This document shows, in pieces, positions 37,341-49,977 of a stretch of 64,000 bases of DNA (position 1 is the stretch's first letter; each line of letters begins with the position of its first letter). The stretch is from Mobula hypostoma (taxonomy: Eukaryota). The position numbers were made by a program, and so were the translations under genes. The stretch lies in contig NC_086097.1 in assembly GCF_963921235.1 (NCBI RefSeq), forward strand, positions 172,670,001 to 172,734,000, written 5' to 3'. A model generated the notes under the pieces. The model was given only the letters and a program-made list of their open reading frames with translations, was not told the DNA's origin and searched no databases.

Positions 37341-37950
37341 AAATTGAATCGACTTTATTTCTTACATCCTTCGAATACATGAGGAGTAAAAATCTTTACG
37401 TTACATCTCCGTCTAAATGTAGAGTGTGCAATTTTTAGTAATTTATAATAATTAGTATGTATAACAGGACAGTCAATATAACATAGAAATACAATTGTAT
37501 CAATGTGAATTAAGCAGTCTGATGGCCTGGTGGAAGAAGCTGTCTCGGAGCCTATTGGTCCTGGCTTTTATGTTGCGGTACCATTTCCCGGGTGGTAGCA
37601 GCTGGAACAGTTTGTGGTTGGGGTGACTCAGGTCCCCAATGATCCTTCAGGCCCTTTTTACACACTTGTCTTTATAAATGTCCTGCATAGTGGGAAATTC
37701 ACATCTACAGATGCACTGGGCTGTCCACGCCACTCTCTGCAGAGTCCTACAATTGAGGGAAGTACAGTTCCCATACCTGACAGTGATGCAGCCAGCCAGG
37801 ACGCTCTCAATTGTGTCCCTGTAGAAAATTTTTAGGATTTAGGGGCCCATACCAAATTTCTTCAACTGTCTGAGGTGAAAGAGGTGCTGTTGTCCCTTTT
37901 TCAGCACACAGCCAGTATGTACAGACCACGTGAGATCCTTGGCGATGTGC
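37341..37950 (-). mobile_element. Rex-Babar LINE 3' fragment nested in the CR1
   Basis: 'HIAKDLTWSVHTGCVLKKGQQHLFHLRQLKKFG'. Its tail is shared with 4565-4635. Confidence 0.8.
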
Positions 37951-38400
37951 ATGCTGAAGAATGCATTTAAGATCTCCCCCATCTGTTTTGGTTCATCACA
38001 TAGATTACCATTCTGGTCTTCCAGGGGACCAATTTTGTCCCTTGAAACCCTTTTGCTCTTAACATTTCTGTAAAATCCTTTAAGATTCTCCTTCACCTTG
38101 CCTTCTAGTCTAAAACAAGAGAACCTCAGAATATTGAGCTGCCAGTCTTGCCCATCCTGTAACAAAGTTTGAATAATTGCTACAACATCATAATTCCAGG
38201 TGGTGATCCATACCCTGATCTCATCTGCCTTCCTACTATACTTCCTGCATTGAAATGTACACAGCTCAAGACACTAGTCACACTATGCTCAACCTTTTGA
38301 TTCCTGACCTTTGCCAAGGTCTCATAAACATCTGCCTTCACAGCTTCTCCACTAATTCTTCTGGCACTCTCATTCCCATCCCCCTGTAACTCTAGTTTAA

Positions 38401-39403
38401 GTCATAGTCATAGTCATAGTCATATTTCATTGATCCCGGGGGAAATTGGTTTTCGTTACAGTTGCACCATAAATAATAATTAGTAATAGAACATAAACAG
38501 TTAAATAGTAATATGTGAATTATGCCAGTAAATTATGAAATAGGTCCAGGACCAGCCTATTGGCTCAGGGTGTCTGACCCTCCAAGGGAGGAGTTGTAAA
38601 GTTTGATGGCCACAGGCAGGAATGACTTCCTATGACACTCTGTGCTGCATCTCGGTGGAATGAGTCTCTGGCTGAATGTACTCCTGTGCCCACCCAGTAC
38701 ATTATGTAGTGGATGGGAGGCATTGTCCAAGATGGCATGCAACTTGGACAGCATCCTCTGTTCAGACACCACCATCAGAGAGTCCAGTTCCATCCCCACA
38801 ACATCACTGGCCTTACGAATAAGTTTGTTGATTCTGTTGATGTCTGCTACCCTCAGCCTGCTGCCCCAGCACACAACAACAAACATGATAGCACTGGCCA
38901 CCACAGACTCATAGAACATCCTCAGCATCGTCCGGCAGATGTTAAAGGACCTCAGTCTCCTCAGGAAATAGAGATGGCTCTGACCCTACTTGTAGACAGC
39001 CTCAGTGTTCTTAGACCAGTCCAGTTTATTGTCAATTCATATCCCCAGGTATTTGTAATCCTCCACCATGTCCACACTGACACCCTGGATGGAAACAGGG
39101 GTCACCAGTACCTTAGCTCTCCTCAGGTCTATCACCAGCTCCTTAGTCTTTTTCACATTAAGCTGCAGATAATTCTGCTCACACCATGTGACAAAGTTTC
39201 TACCGTAGCCCTGTACTCAGCCTCATCTCCCTTGCTGATGCATCCAACTATGGCAGAGTCATCCGAAAACTTCTGAAGGTGACAAGACTCTGTGCAGTCG
39301 TTGAAGTCCGAGGTGTAAATGGTGAAGAGAAAGGGAGACAAGACAGTCCCCTGTGGAGCCCCAGTGCTGCTGATCACTCTGTCGGACACACAGTATTGCA
39401 AAT
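38401..39403 (-). mobile_element. Young 5'-truncated Rex-Babar LINE nested in the CR1
   Basis: ORF 39153..39401 'STGAPQGTVLSPFLFTIYTSDF...LQKFSDDSAIVG' and ORF 38557..38928 'FYESVVASAI...SHPLH...KSFLPVAIKLYN', with a (GACTAT)n tail. Confidence 0.92.
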
Positions 39404-41047
39404 GTTAAATCCCACTATGTAGCATTAACAAACCTTCCCTCTCGAGTATTAGTCCCCCTCCAGTTCAGGTGCATACCGTCCCTTCTGTACGGGTCCCACC
39501 TTCCCTGGAAGAGAGCCCAATGACCCCAAAATCTTATGCCCTCTCTCCTACACCAACACCTTAGGAAGATAGTGTAATCTTTCTAGCTCTGGCCTCACTA
39601 GCATGTGAGCACATGACTGCTAGAAACTGCAGGGAGTTTTGAACACAGCTCAAGTAAATTTATGATTTAAGTAGAATTAAGATTTAAGATTAGCTCTATT
39701 TGTCACATGTGCATAGAAAGATTGAAACATACAATGAAATGCATTGTTTGCATCAATGTTGGTCATCAGAGGATGTGTTGCCATGCTTCCACTGCTGTCA
39801 TAGCATGTTCATAACTTACTAACCCGAACCCATAAATCTTTGGAATGTGAGAGGAGATTAGAGCACACAGAGGAAACCCACATGGTCACAGGGAGAATAT
39901 ACAAACTCCTTACAGACAGTGGCAGCATTGAACCCAGGCTTCTGGCATTGTAATGGTGTTACTCATAACCAGCTTCCCCTCTATGGACTCTGTTCATTCC
40001 TTCTCACTACCTCAGTAAAGCCACCAGCATTATCAACACCCCAGTTATTCTCTCTTCTCCACTCTCTCATCAAGCAGAAGATACAAAAGCCTTAAAGCAT
40101 GTACCACTACACTCCAGAAATGGGAGGGAATCTTATAGAAGCATATAAGATTATGAAATGGATAGATAAGATAGAGGTAGGAATATTGTTTCCACATGGG
40201 TGAGACCAGAAAAAGGGCTAATTGCCTCTAGATTTGGGGGAGTAAATGTAGGATGGAGATGAGCTGGAACTGCATTTCCTAGAGAGTCAAGAATCTGTGA
40301 TATTCTCTATCCAAGGCAGCAGTAGGGGATGCCTTATTAAATACACTTAAGACCTAGTCAGACAGATTATTGCATAGCAGGAAAATTAAGGTTTATGAGG
40401 AAATGGCATGTAAATGGAGTTAAGTCTATGGCTGGGTCAGCCATGAATATATCACCCAGTGCTCTCCATTTTCTCCACTGATGGAGAAGTACGTCAGCCA
40501 CTTGCAAATCCTTCGCTCAGTTTCTGAGCTTAAAACTAGTCTGCACTCTGGGAAGTTATTGTGCCCACTTCCATCGATCTGAAAGTGAAGTCAAGTTTAT
40601 TGTCATGAAGACAAGTACATTACAGCAGCATCACAGGCACATAGGATCAATCAACACACAAAACATAAATGATACATATCACACAGCACAGTGATGAGAT
40701 TAAGTTGAAGGCAGTGGTGTTGTGAGAGATGGTCTGTAATGTTCCATTGCTGAGGTAGGATTAGGTTTATACAGGTCAAAAACATGGTGGTTGTAGGTAA
40801 GGAGCTGTACCTGAACCTGCTGGTGTGGGACATCAGGCGTCTGCACGTCTTATCTGAAGTTGTAATGAGAAAAGGGAATCACCCTGATGGTGGGATCCTT
40901 GGTGATAGATGCTGCCTTCTTGGAGGACCACCCCTGTCTGCTAATGGAGTAGCAGTATTTTTCTGCTGCTTTTAGTTTTCTTTCTTTTCCCCTAGTTTAA
41001 GCTTTGAATTTAAAATTTTTACTTGTTGATTCTTGAGGGTGATCAAT

Positions 41048-41848
41048 ATGTCTATGTCTACAAGAAGTGGGAAGAATTTACCTGAACCTAGTGATAAAGG
41101 TAATGGGAAAGGAAAGCTGTAAAAGGAAAGATCTGATGAAATGCCATCGTGGGCTGAAGATATCGTTCGGACACTGATTTCAATTAAGGATCAGAATGGA
41201 TCAATTAAGGACCAACTGGAAAAGAATAGTAATGAAATGAAGTCATTTCTGGGAAAACTTAAAGACCTGGAAACTCAAGTTATTTCACACGAAGAGGAAT
41301 TGAAGATAACTAAGCAAAAGCTGTCTGAAGTTACAACTCGTTTGGAAAGATATCAAAATAAGATTATAGACCTGGAAACTAGGTCTCGACGAAGGAATAT
41401 AAGAATTGTTGGGCTGCAGGAAGGAGCTGAAAATGCAGATCTAACGGCTTACTTTGGTAAGCTTTTCCACACTTTATTTCCTACCATTCTATCAAAGCCG
41501 CCTGCTATAGAAAGGGCACACAGGGCATTTATCTCAAAATTGAAGGATTCTCGTAAACCAAGATCTGTTCTGATTTGCATTCATCACTTTAAAATTGAAG
41601 ATCAAATAGGAGAATCTGAGCTCCGCTTCTATGAAGATTATCCAAGAGAAATAATGGAACAAAGATCAAAATTTGCCCTTGTAATGAAACAAGCATATGA
41701 TAAGAATCTTTTCCCATCTCTGAGGTATCCGACAAAACTTAAAATTTTCCCTCCTAATTCTCCTCCTCGTAATTTTTTTGATTCAAAAGCTGCACTGGAT
41801 TTTGTTCAGGCTTTGCCTGCTGCTGTCACCGACACGGCTGTTGAATGA
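41048..41848 (+). pseudogene. L1 ORF1p (coiled coil + RRM + CTD), one premature stop
   Basis: 'KIIDLETRSRRRNIRIVGLQEGAE...IERAHRA...PRSVLI...LRFYEDY...LRYPTKLKI'. An in-frame ATG at 41048 is separated from the 235-aa ORF (41141..41848) by TAA at 41120-41122. Confidence 0.9.
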
Positions 41849-42569
41849 TCCATCTGAAAGGCTGTTTGGCTATTTCTATATTATTCGCATTTTGGAGAGA
41901 AGATTTATGAAGGTCATTTGTATATTTCATTGACAGACTAATTAAAGAACACGGGGAGTTGTTTTTTATTGCATATTATTGGTTTTCCTTTGGAAAGATT
42001 TACGGTTTAAGTATCTCTGGACACTTTATGACTGAGGGAAGAAGATAAGGCGATTTGTTCCTGTAATTTAATACTTCGTAGCTAATTGGTAGTTTTTCCT
42101 ACTAATAGGGCTTTTTATATATTTTTCTGTTCTATTATAACATTTTATAACTGAACTTAAAGCTTTTTAAGGGAATTAATATTAAACTTAAACATGGCGC
42201 TGGTTTTTCTCTCTGAGAGAGAATTTTTTTTGGTTTTTTTCTTGTTTATCAGTTGATGGAATGTAAATACCTTTTTTTCCTGAGACTTTATTGTCTTTCT
42301 CACAAGGTCACTCTACTTTTTTACTAACTGGGGGGAGGGAAAGAAAACACAGACAGAGCAGTCAGCAGCTTTGAATTCTATCGTAGATCGCTTGCCTTTT
42401 TCGGGTTTCCGGGTGTGGGTGGGTGGGTTTAGAGTTAGTTTTTTTCCCATTGGGTGGTTCCAGAGCATGCGTGTTTTTTTATTTGGTTGTGTTCTTCATC
42501 ACCGCCATCTTTGATCATCCTGCATTTGTAGGTGCTTTGTGCATGTATAAAGTAGAATGAAATTACAGT

Positions 42570-43273
42570 ATGCTGTTCAAACGGATTAATATAATAAGTT
42601 CGAATTAACGTGGTTAGAATCATCCTATTAAACAAAAGAAGACTTTTAAAATTATTAACCGATTCCAACCTGATATAATTTTTGCTCAAGAGACACATAT
42701 CAGGGCGGGAGATCAAAATAGATTTTTTAGATGGTGGAATGGTTTGCAATTCCACTCCACTTCTCAGAGTAAAATAAAAGGCGTGTCTATTTTTATTAAA
42801 CCAAATATATTTATTCAAGAGGATATTGAATCAGATTCTAATGGTAGATTTTTAATTGTTAAAGGAACAATCTGTAATAGAAAAGTTGTTTTGGTTAATT
42901 TGTATGGTCCTAACTTAGATGATCCTTCTTTTTTTAAAAAGGTATTCGCTTTACTGCCTGACTTAAATGAATATATGCTCATAATGGGTGGGGATTTTAA
43001 TTGTTGCTTAAATCCTATGATTGATAAGAGCTCAACCAATCAGCGACTTCCAAATCAATCCGCGTCATTTATTAATTACTTTTTGATTGATTTTGAGTTG
43101 ATTGATTTGTGGACATATCTTCATCCCAACAATAGAGAATATTCTTTCTTCTCACACGTTTATAAATGATGCTATGTCTTAGTTTGGAGAAAATTAGAAG
43201 TCGAACCTTTGAACCTTTATTTGATTTTGAGAAAAGATGGGGCTCATTTGCTCGTTATTATCATTTGAGTTAA
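42570..43273 (+). pseudogene. L1 ORF2 APE endonuclease N-terminus joined directly to the ORF2 C-terminal tip
   Basis: 'IIFAQETH...KGVSIFI...DSNGRFLIV...LVNLYGPN...GGDFNCCLNPMIDKS...YSFFSHVY', then 'LSLEKIRSRTF...FEKRWGSF...*'. Confidence 0.88.
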
Positions 43274-43710
43274 TTAATACAATTTTTCCACGATCTAATT
43301 GTAAATTCTTTTAGTATATTTTCTTTTCTTGCTGGCGGTTTGATGTTTATTTTTAGAAGCTTTTTGTATGACACATGGCTCCGGGGTTGAACACCTAATG
43401 GGTTTTTTTTTTCTCACTTTTTTGCTCAGTAGGTTTTTTTTGTTATCACAAAATTTTATTTTCAATCTTTAAGATGATGGGTTTTTTTTGAGGCATTGTA
43501 AGTGTTGTTACTTCGATGTACTCGTTATTTTTCCTATATATATATATATATATATACAATAAAAAGATTTGAAAAGGAAGATGCTGCCTTCTTGAGGCAG
43601 CGCCTCCTGTCGATGCTGGTAATGGTGAGGTGGGGGGTGGGGGGCCTGTGCTTGTGGTGGACTGGATTGTGACTATTATCCTCTACAGCCTCATGGGTTC
43701 CTGGACAAAG

Positions 43711-46098
43711 ACAATAGACAATAAGTGCAGGAATAGGCCATTCAGCCCGTCGAGCCAGCACCGCCATTCACTGTGATCATGGCTGATCATCCACAATCAG
43801 TATCCAGTTCCTGCCTTATCCCCATAACCTTTGATTCTGCTATCTTTAAGAGCTCTATTCATATCTTTCTTGAAAACAACCACTGCCTTCTGGGGCAGAG
43901 CATTCCACATAGCCACCACTCTCTGGGTGAAAACGTTTTTCCTCAACTCCATTCTAAATGGCCTACCCCTTATTCTCAAACTGTGGCCTCTGGTTCCGGA
44001 CTCACCCATCAGCAGGAACATGCTTCCTGCCTCCAGCATGTCCAATTCCATAATAATCTTACATGTTTCAATCAGATCCCCTCTCATCCTTCTAAATTAT
44101 TATTATTATTATTACTATGAGGACACACAGTCCCATTTTATTGTCATTTAGTAATGCATGCATTAAGAAATTATAAAATGTTTTTCCAGAATGATATCAC
44201 GAAAACACATGACAAACCGACTTAAAAACTAACAAAAACCACATAATTATAACATATAGTTACAACAGTGCAAAGCAATACTGTAATTTGATAAGAACAG
44301 ACCATGGCAAAGTATAAGTCTCAAAGTCTCTTGAAAGTCCCATCATCTCACGTAGACGGTAAACCTCCAGCGCCGCCAACTTGCCGGTGCAGCATCCCGG
44401 AAGCATCTGACCACAGTCTGACTCCGAGACCATCTAAAAAACTCCGAGCCTCTGACCCAACTCTTCAACACCGAGCACCGAGCATCATCTCTGCCAAGCG
44501 CTTCGACCCCGGCCCCAGCAACAGGTGATACGCAAAGCTGAGGATTTGGGTCCTTCGTCTCTGGAGATTCGCGATCACACAGTAGCAGCAGCAGCAAAGC
44601 AGGCATTTCCGAAGTTACTCCAGATGTTCCTCTGCACTTCTCACGGCTGTCTCCATCAAATCCGGATTGTGCACGGCCCCCTAGTTAACACATATCGATA
44701 TCAATTCTGAACGGCCGCGCACGCTGCGTCGCGCCGCCATCTTCTCCTCCAGGAAATTCCAGTGTATACAAGCCCAGTCACTCCAATCTTTCAACATATG
44801 ACAGTCCCGCCATCTCGGGAATTAACCTTGTGAACCTACGCTGCACTCTCTCAATAGCAAGAATGTCCTTCCTCAAATTTGGAGACCAAAACTGCACACA
44901 GTACTCCAGGTGTAGTCTCACCAGGGCCCTGTACAGCTGCAGAAGTACCTCTTTGCTCCTATACTCAATTCCCCTTGTTATGAAGGCCAGCATGCCATTA
45001 GCTTTCTTCACTGCCTGCTGTACCTGCATGCTTGCTTTCAGTGACTGATGTACAAGAACACCTAGATCTTGTTGCACTTCCCCTTTTCCTAACTTGACTC
45101 CATTTAGATAATAATCTGCCTTTCTGTTCTTACCACCAGTGGATAACCTCACATTTATCCACATTAAACTGCATCTGCCATGCATCCGCCCACTCACCCA
45201 GCCTGTCCAAGTCACCCTGCATTCTCATAACATCCTCCTCACATTTCACACTGCCACCCAGCTTTGTGTCATCTGCAAATTTGCTAATGTTACTTTTAAT
45301 CCCTTCATCTAAATCATTAATGTATATTGTAAACAGCTGCGGTCCCAGCACTGAACCCTGCGGTACCCCACTGGTCACCGCCTGCCATTCTGAAAGGTAC
45401 CCGTTAATCGCTGCTCTTTGTTTCCTGTCAGCCAGCCAATTTTCAATCCATGTCAGTATTCTGCCCTCAATACCATGTGCCCTAATTTTGCCCACTAATC
45501 TCCTACGTGGGACTTTATCAAAGGTTTTCTGAAAGTCCAGGTACACTACATCCACTGGCTCTCCCTTGTCCATTTTCATAGTTACATCCTCAAAAAATTC
45601 CAGAAGGTTAATCAAGCACTATTTCCCCTTCGTAAGTCTATGCTGACTCGGACCAATCCTGTTACTGCCATCCAAATGTGTGGTCATTTCATCTTTTATA
45701 ATTGACTCCGGCATCTTTCCCACCACTGACATCAGGCTAACCGGTCTATAATTCCCTGTTTTCTCTCTCCCTCCTTTCTTGAAAAGTCCGACAACATTAG
45801 CCACCCTCCAAACCACAGGAACTGATCCTGAATCTATAGAACGTTGGAAAATGATTACCAATGCGTCCATGATTTCTAAAGCCACCTCCTTAAGTACCCT
45901 GGGATGCAGACCATCAGGTCCCAGGCACTTATCAGCCTTCAGACCCAACAGTCTATCCAACACTATTTCCTGCCTAATATAAATTTCCTTCAGTTCATCC
46001 ATTACCCAAGGTCCTTTGACCACTATTACATCTGGGAGATTATTTGTATCTTCCCTAGTGAAGACAGATTGTTTGTGTCTTCCCTAGTGAAGACAGAT
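43711..46098 (-). mobile_element. 5'-truncated CR1 LINE (RT to 3' tail), interrupted by a SINE-like element
   Basis: 'GPDGLHPRVLKE...NYRPVSLMSVVGK', 'VDVVYLDFQKTFDKV...SGVPQGSVLGP...KFADDTK' and 'LYRALVRLHLEYCVQFWSP'. A ~28-bp tandem duplication sits at the truncation point (46040-46098). Confidence 0.93.
44099..44753 (-). mobile_element. SINE-like retroposon, copy 2 of 3
   Basis: Minus-strand start GGAGGAGAAGATGGCGGCGCG and a (TAA)n tail. AAATT is duplicated at both flanks. Confidence 0.85.
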
Positions 46099-46639
46099 CA
46101 AAGGAATTGCCATACCAGCCATGATGCAAACCGTCATGATACTTCAGTCAGTGAATCTGTAGAAGTTTGCTGGAGCATTTGTTGACATGTCAAATCTCCT
46201 CAAGCTTCTAGGAAACTAAAGGCACTGGCAAGCCTTCTTCATTATTGCATCAATGTGCTGATCCCAGGATGGATTAAAGCCCGGGAACTTGAAGCTGCTT
46301 ACTCTCTCCACCTCTGACAAACCAATGAAGATTTATCTTCCACCCCATTAGCCTTCGCTTCTAGCACATCATTCCCCACAACTTCTGCCATCTTCAATGG
46401 GATCCTACCACCAATTACATCCTTACCTCCCTCCACTCTCCACCTTCTATAGGAATCGCTCTCTCCTTGATTCACTTATCCATTCGTCCCTCCCCAGTGA
46501 TCTCCCTCCTGGCACTTATCTCTGCAAAGCTAAAGCAACCTTACCTGCCCATTCACCTCCTCCTTCACCACTATTCAGGATCCCAAATAGTCCTTCCAGG
46601 TGAGGCAACACTTCATCTGCGAGTTGGGGTCATCTACTG

Positions 46640-47830
46640 CAGGGGTCCCCAACCTTTTTCGCACCGCGGACCGGCCAACCGGGGGGGGGGGGCAGGGGGG
46701 GTAAGGGTTGTCAACGGACAAGAGTAGCAGCCAAATACGCTGGGTTTCTCCGAGAAAGACTACAATGACCATGAAGCCTTGCGCGGGCACCAGTGCACAT
46801 GCGTAATTTGCGCATGCGTGTACGTTTTTTCCTACAAATCGTTTTTGGCGATTCTGTTCGGGGGGGGGTAGGAGTTAATCACGACCAGAATATAGATGAT
46901 AAGTGGCTAATACACTCAATTTCGTTTCTAAAAGGGTTTATCTAACGAATTTAATATTAAACACACAGCGCATATTTTCCTCACATGAATATAGTGATAA
47001 GTCAATTATCAGGGGAGGACGGGAGCTTGAAGTAAAGTGTTGACCGAACTTCCAGTAGAAGTGGTAGAGGCAGGTTCGTTATTATCATTTAAAGACAAAT
47101 TGGATAGGTATATGGACAGGAAAGGAATGGAGAGTTATGGGCTGAGTGCAGGTCGGTGGGACGAGGTGAGAGTAGCGTTCGGCACGGACTAGAAGGGCAG
47201 AGATCGCCTGTTTCCGTGCTGTAATTGTTATATGGTTAAATAAGTCAATAGCATCATAACACTTTAAGTATCGTTTGGATATTAAACACGCAGCACATAT
47301 TTTCCCTGTATGAACATATAAAATCATTGCAACACACCAATATCGCTGAATCAGTGGGAGCCCTGGGCTTGTTTTCCTGCAACAAGACGGTCGACTATCG
47401 AAGGGTGACGAGAGACAGCGATACTCGAACGGGGTTCCTAATGTCCCAGTCTATTCCGCAATTTAATTTTCATTGCATTCATTGCAGAGATACGTTGGAA
47501 ATGGAAGCAACGTTTTCAATGCTTTCGTGGCTATCTCAGGATATTTAGCCTTGACTTTGATCCATAATGCCAGCAGAGATGTTGTGTCAAACAGACGCTT
47601 CAGCCCCCCCCGTCATTTGCAAGCTCGAGGACTTGATCTTCTTCCCGCGCTGACATGGATGATGAGCGGGTAATGACCTCGCATGCGTAATGGCTCAACA
47701 GTGGCCGTGACAGGGAATGAGGAAAGGTGCAGCTGACTCCTATCGCCAAATCATATCGTTTCCTCACGGCCCGGTAGCGTATGCTCTGCGACCTGGTACC
47801 GGTCCGCAGCCCGGTGGTTGGGGACCGCTG
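46640..47830 (-). mobile_element. Non-autonomous hAT (Charlie/Buster-like) transposon
   Basis: TIRs CAGGGGTCCCCAACC / GGTTGGGGACCGCTG. An 8-bp TSD ATCTACTG lies at 46632-46639 and 47831-47838. Transposase C-terminal remnant on the minus strand (~47350-47660): 'LELANDGG.LK.LFD...WIKVKAKYPEIATKALKTLLPFPT...GKQAQGSH*'. Confidence 0.93.
47007..47239 (+). mobile_element. CR1 3'-end fragment inside the hAT element
   Basis: 'ELPVEVVEAGS..SFKDKLDRYMDRKG.ESYG' plus a CR1 tail. A 10-bp TSD ATAAGTCAAT lies at 46997-47006 and 47240-47249. Confidence 0.85.
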
Positions 47831-48697
47831 ATCTACTGTATCCAGTACTTGCAGTGTGGCTTCCTCTATATCAGTGAAACATGACATAGATTAGGGGACC
47901 ACTTTGTCGAGCACCTTTGCTCCATTCACAATAAACATGATTTCCCACGGGCCAACTATTTTAATTACAATCCTCATTACCATTCTGACATATCAGTCCA
48001 TGGCCTCCTCTACTGTAACAAGGTTATCTCCTCTCAGCTTAGAAAAGCAACACCTCATATTCTGTCTGAATAGCCTCCAATTTGACAGCAAAACATTAAT
48101 TTCTCTAATTTCCAGAAACTTCTCCTCACTCCACCTTCTTTCTTTTTCCATTTCCCATTTTGGCTCTCCTCTCACTCTTTCTCTTCTCCTCATCTGCCTA
48201 TCACTTCCAACTAGTACCCCTCCTCTATCCCTTTCTCCCATGATTCACTCTCCTCTCCTATCAGATTCTTTCTTCTTCAGCACTTTACCTTTTCCACTTA
48301 TCACATTCCAGCTTCTCACTTCGTTTCCCCCCCCCCCACATACACACACACAATCAACCTTCTTTCTCCTTCACTTGGCTTCACCTATCATCTTCTGCCG
48401 TCTTCATATTGTGGCTCTTTCTTTCCAGTCCTGATGAAGTATCAGCCCAAACATTGCCTCTTTACTCCTACCCATAGATGTTGCCTAACCTACTGTTTTG
48501 CTCCAGCATTTTATAGCATCTTGTAGCATCTACAGAATCTCTTGTGTTAATGTGAATTGGCACATGATCTCCTAACTTTCCTTTTCTGAAATTAATCATG
48601 AGCTCCTTGGTTGATGTTGACGTGAGGTTATTATTGTGTTACCATTCAACCTCACTCCTACGAGCTACACCATCATTACTCGTGACTTAGTTGACAA

Positions 48698-49977
48698 CAA
48701 GTCAAGTCAAGTTTATTGTCATTTAACTATATACATGTATATAGAAATGAGACATCTTTTCTTCAAACCAGGGTGTAAAGCACAGTAGTACACATAAGAC
48801 ACGATAACTTATGAAGGTAAGGATAAATTCTACAGAGGAATCTAACATAAATTGCAAACTAAAGTGCATTAATATTAAATATTGGAAGGTACTGCACAGG
48901 TTAACCAGTGACACTTCAGATACAATGTGCAGGGAGTTCAGAGGCCTAGTGACTTGGAGGAAGAAACTGTTTCTCTTCCTAACTGTTCTTGTTTTTATGC
49001 ATCATAGTCTCTTGCCTGATGGCAGAAAGTCAAAGAGGTAATACTAAGGGCCCTGCGTATGCAGTGCTCCTGATAACTGTCCCCAGTGGATGGTAAGGAG
49101 ACCCCTATGATCCTCTCAGCTCTTCTTACAGTCCTTTGTAGAGACTTCTGGTTCAATACTCTCATAGCAGATGGAGATGCATCTTGTCAGGACGGTCTCA
49201 ATGGTGCTTCTATAAAATGCAGTTAAGATGGGAGGTGGGAGCCTTGCTTCCCTCAATCTTCTTAGGAAGTGAAGGCGCTGCTGTGCCTTTTTGTTAAGGG
49301 AAGTGATATTAAGGGACAAGGTAAGGTCATCCATAATGCGAGCTCCCAGAAGCTTGGTGCACTTAACTCTCTCTATGGAGGAGCCATGTATTTGCAGAGG
49401 GGGATGGCTTCATCTGCAACTTCCTGAAGTCCACAATGATTTCCTTGGGGACATAACTGGGGACAGTTATCAGGAGCACTGCATACGCAGAGCCCTTAGT
49501 ATTATTAAGGATCCCACCTATCCATCCAGCATCCTCTTTGACTTTCTGCCATCAGGCAAGAGACTATGATGCATAAAAACATGTTTAGCCTTAGGTTGTT
49601 CTTCTCACACCAAACCACCAGCTGATCCACTTGCTCCCTGTATTCTGTCTCATCATCGTTCTTGATGAGGCTAACCACTGTTATGTCATCCGCAAACTTG
49701 ATGACGCGGTTTGAACTGGATCCTGTGACACGATCACGTGTCAGCAGTGTGAACAGTAGCGGGTTGAGCGCACAGCCTTGGGGGGGGGGGCACCAGTTCT
49801 CAACGTAATGGAACTAGAGATATTGTTGCCCACACAGACTTACTGTTAAGAAGTCCATATCCAATTGCTAGCAAGGTGTTGAGATCCAGCGAGGATAGTT
49901 TCTCCACCACTTTCTGGGGTATGATGGGTTTGAACGCCGAACTGAAGTCTATAAACAGCATCTGGTATGTGAGACCA
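48698..49977 (-). mobile_element. Rex-Babar LINE fragment with an internal inverted duplication
   Basis: ORF 49116..49334 'KKAQQRLHFLRRLREARLPPPILTAFYRSTIETVL' and a (GACTT)n tail. Segment 49456-49581 is an inverted copy of 48990-49087. Confidence 0.85.

Larger units (their letters stand above)
35545..39610 (-). mobile_element. Long decayed CR1 LINE with nested insertions
   Basis: RT 'VSLTSIVGKLLEGILRD...SQHGFMRGRPCLTKL...FSKAFYKVPHGRL' (36732-37094) and 'GVLQGLVSGPLLFFIYINNLD...KLADDTK' (36478-36723). Upstream portions lie at 37952-38400 and 39404-39610. Confidence 0.88.
40923..43578 (+). mobile_element. L1-clade LINE with 5' UTR, ORF1, partial endonuclease and 3' end; RT region deleted
   Basis: A 16-bp TSD AGATGCTGCCTTCTTG lies at 40907-40922 and 43579-43594. 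AATAAA at ~43558. Confidence 0.92.
46335..48550 (+). mobile_element. Older Penelope-like element, split by a hAT transposon
   Basis: Homologous to 13662-14627 (QVRQHFIC..GVIY|C...EKQHLIFCLNSLQ). A degenerate hammerhead lies at ~48426-48458. Confidence 0.85.

Noticed and set aside
38713-39276. 187-aa plus-strand ORF
   Set aside because: It is the antisense shadow of a young Rex-Babar RT frame.
41141-41848. Longest ORF (235 aa) as a host gene
   Set aside because: It is L1 ORF1p inside a TSD-flanked element, with an upstream in-frame stop.
47904-48434. 176-aa hydrophobic, membrane-like ORF
   Set aside because: It is an off-frame reading of the pyrimidine-rich Penelope 3' UTR.
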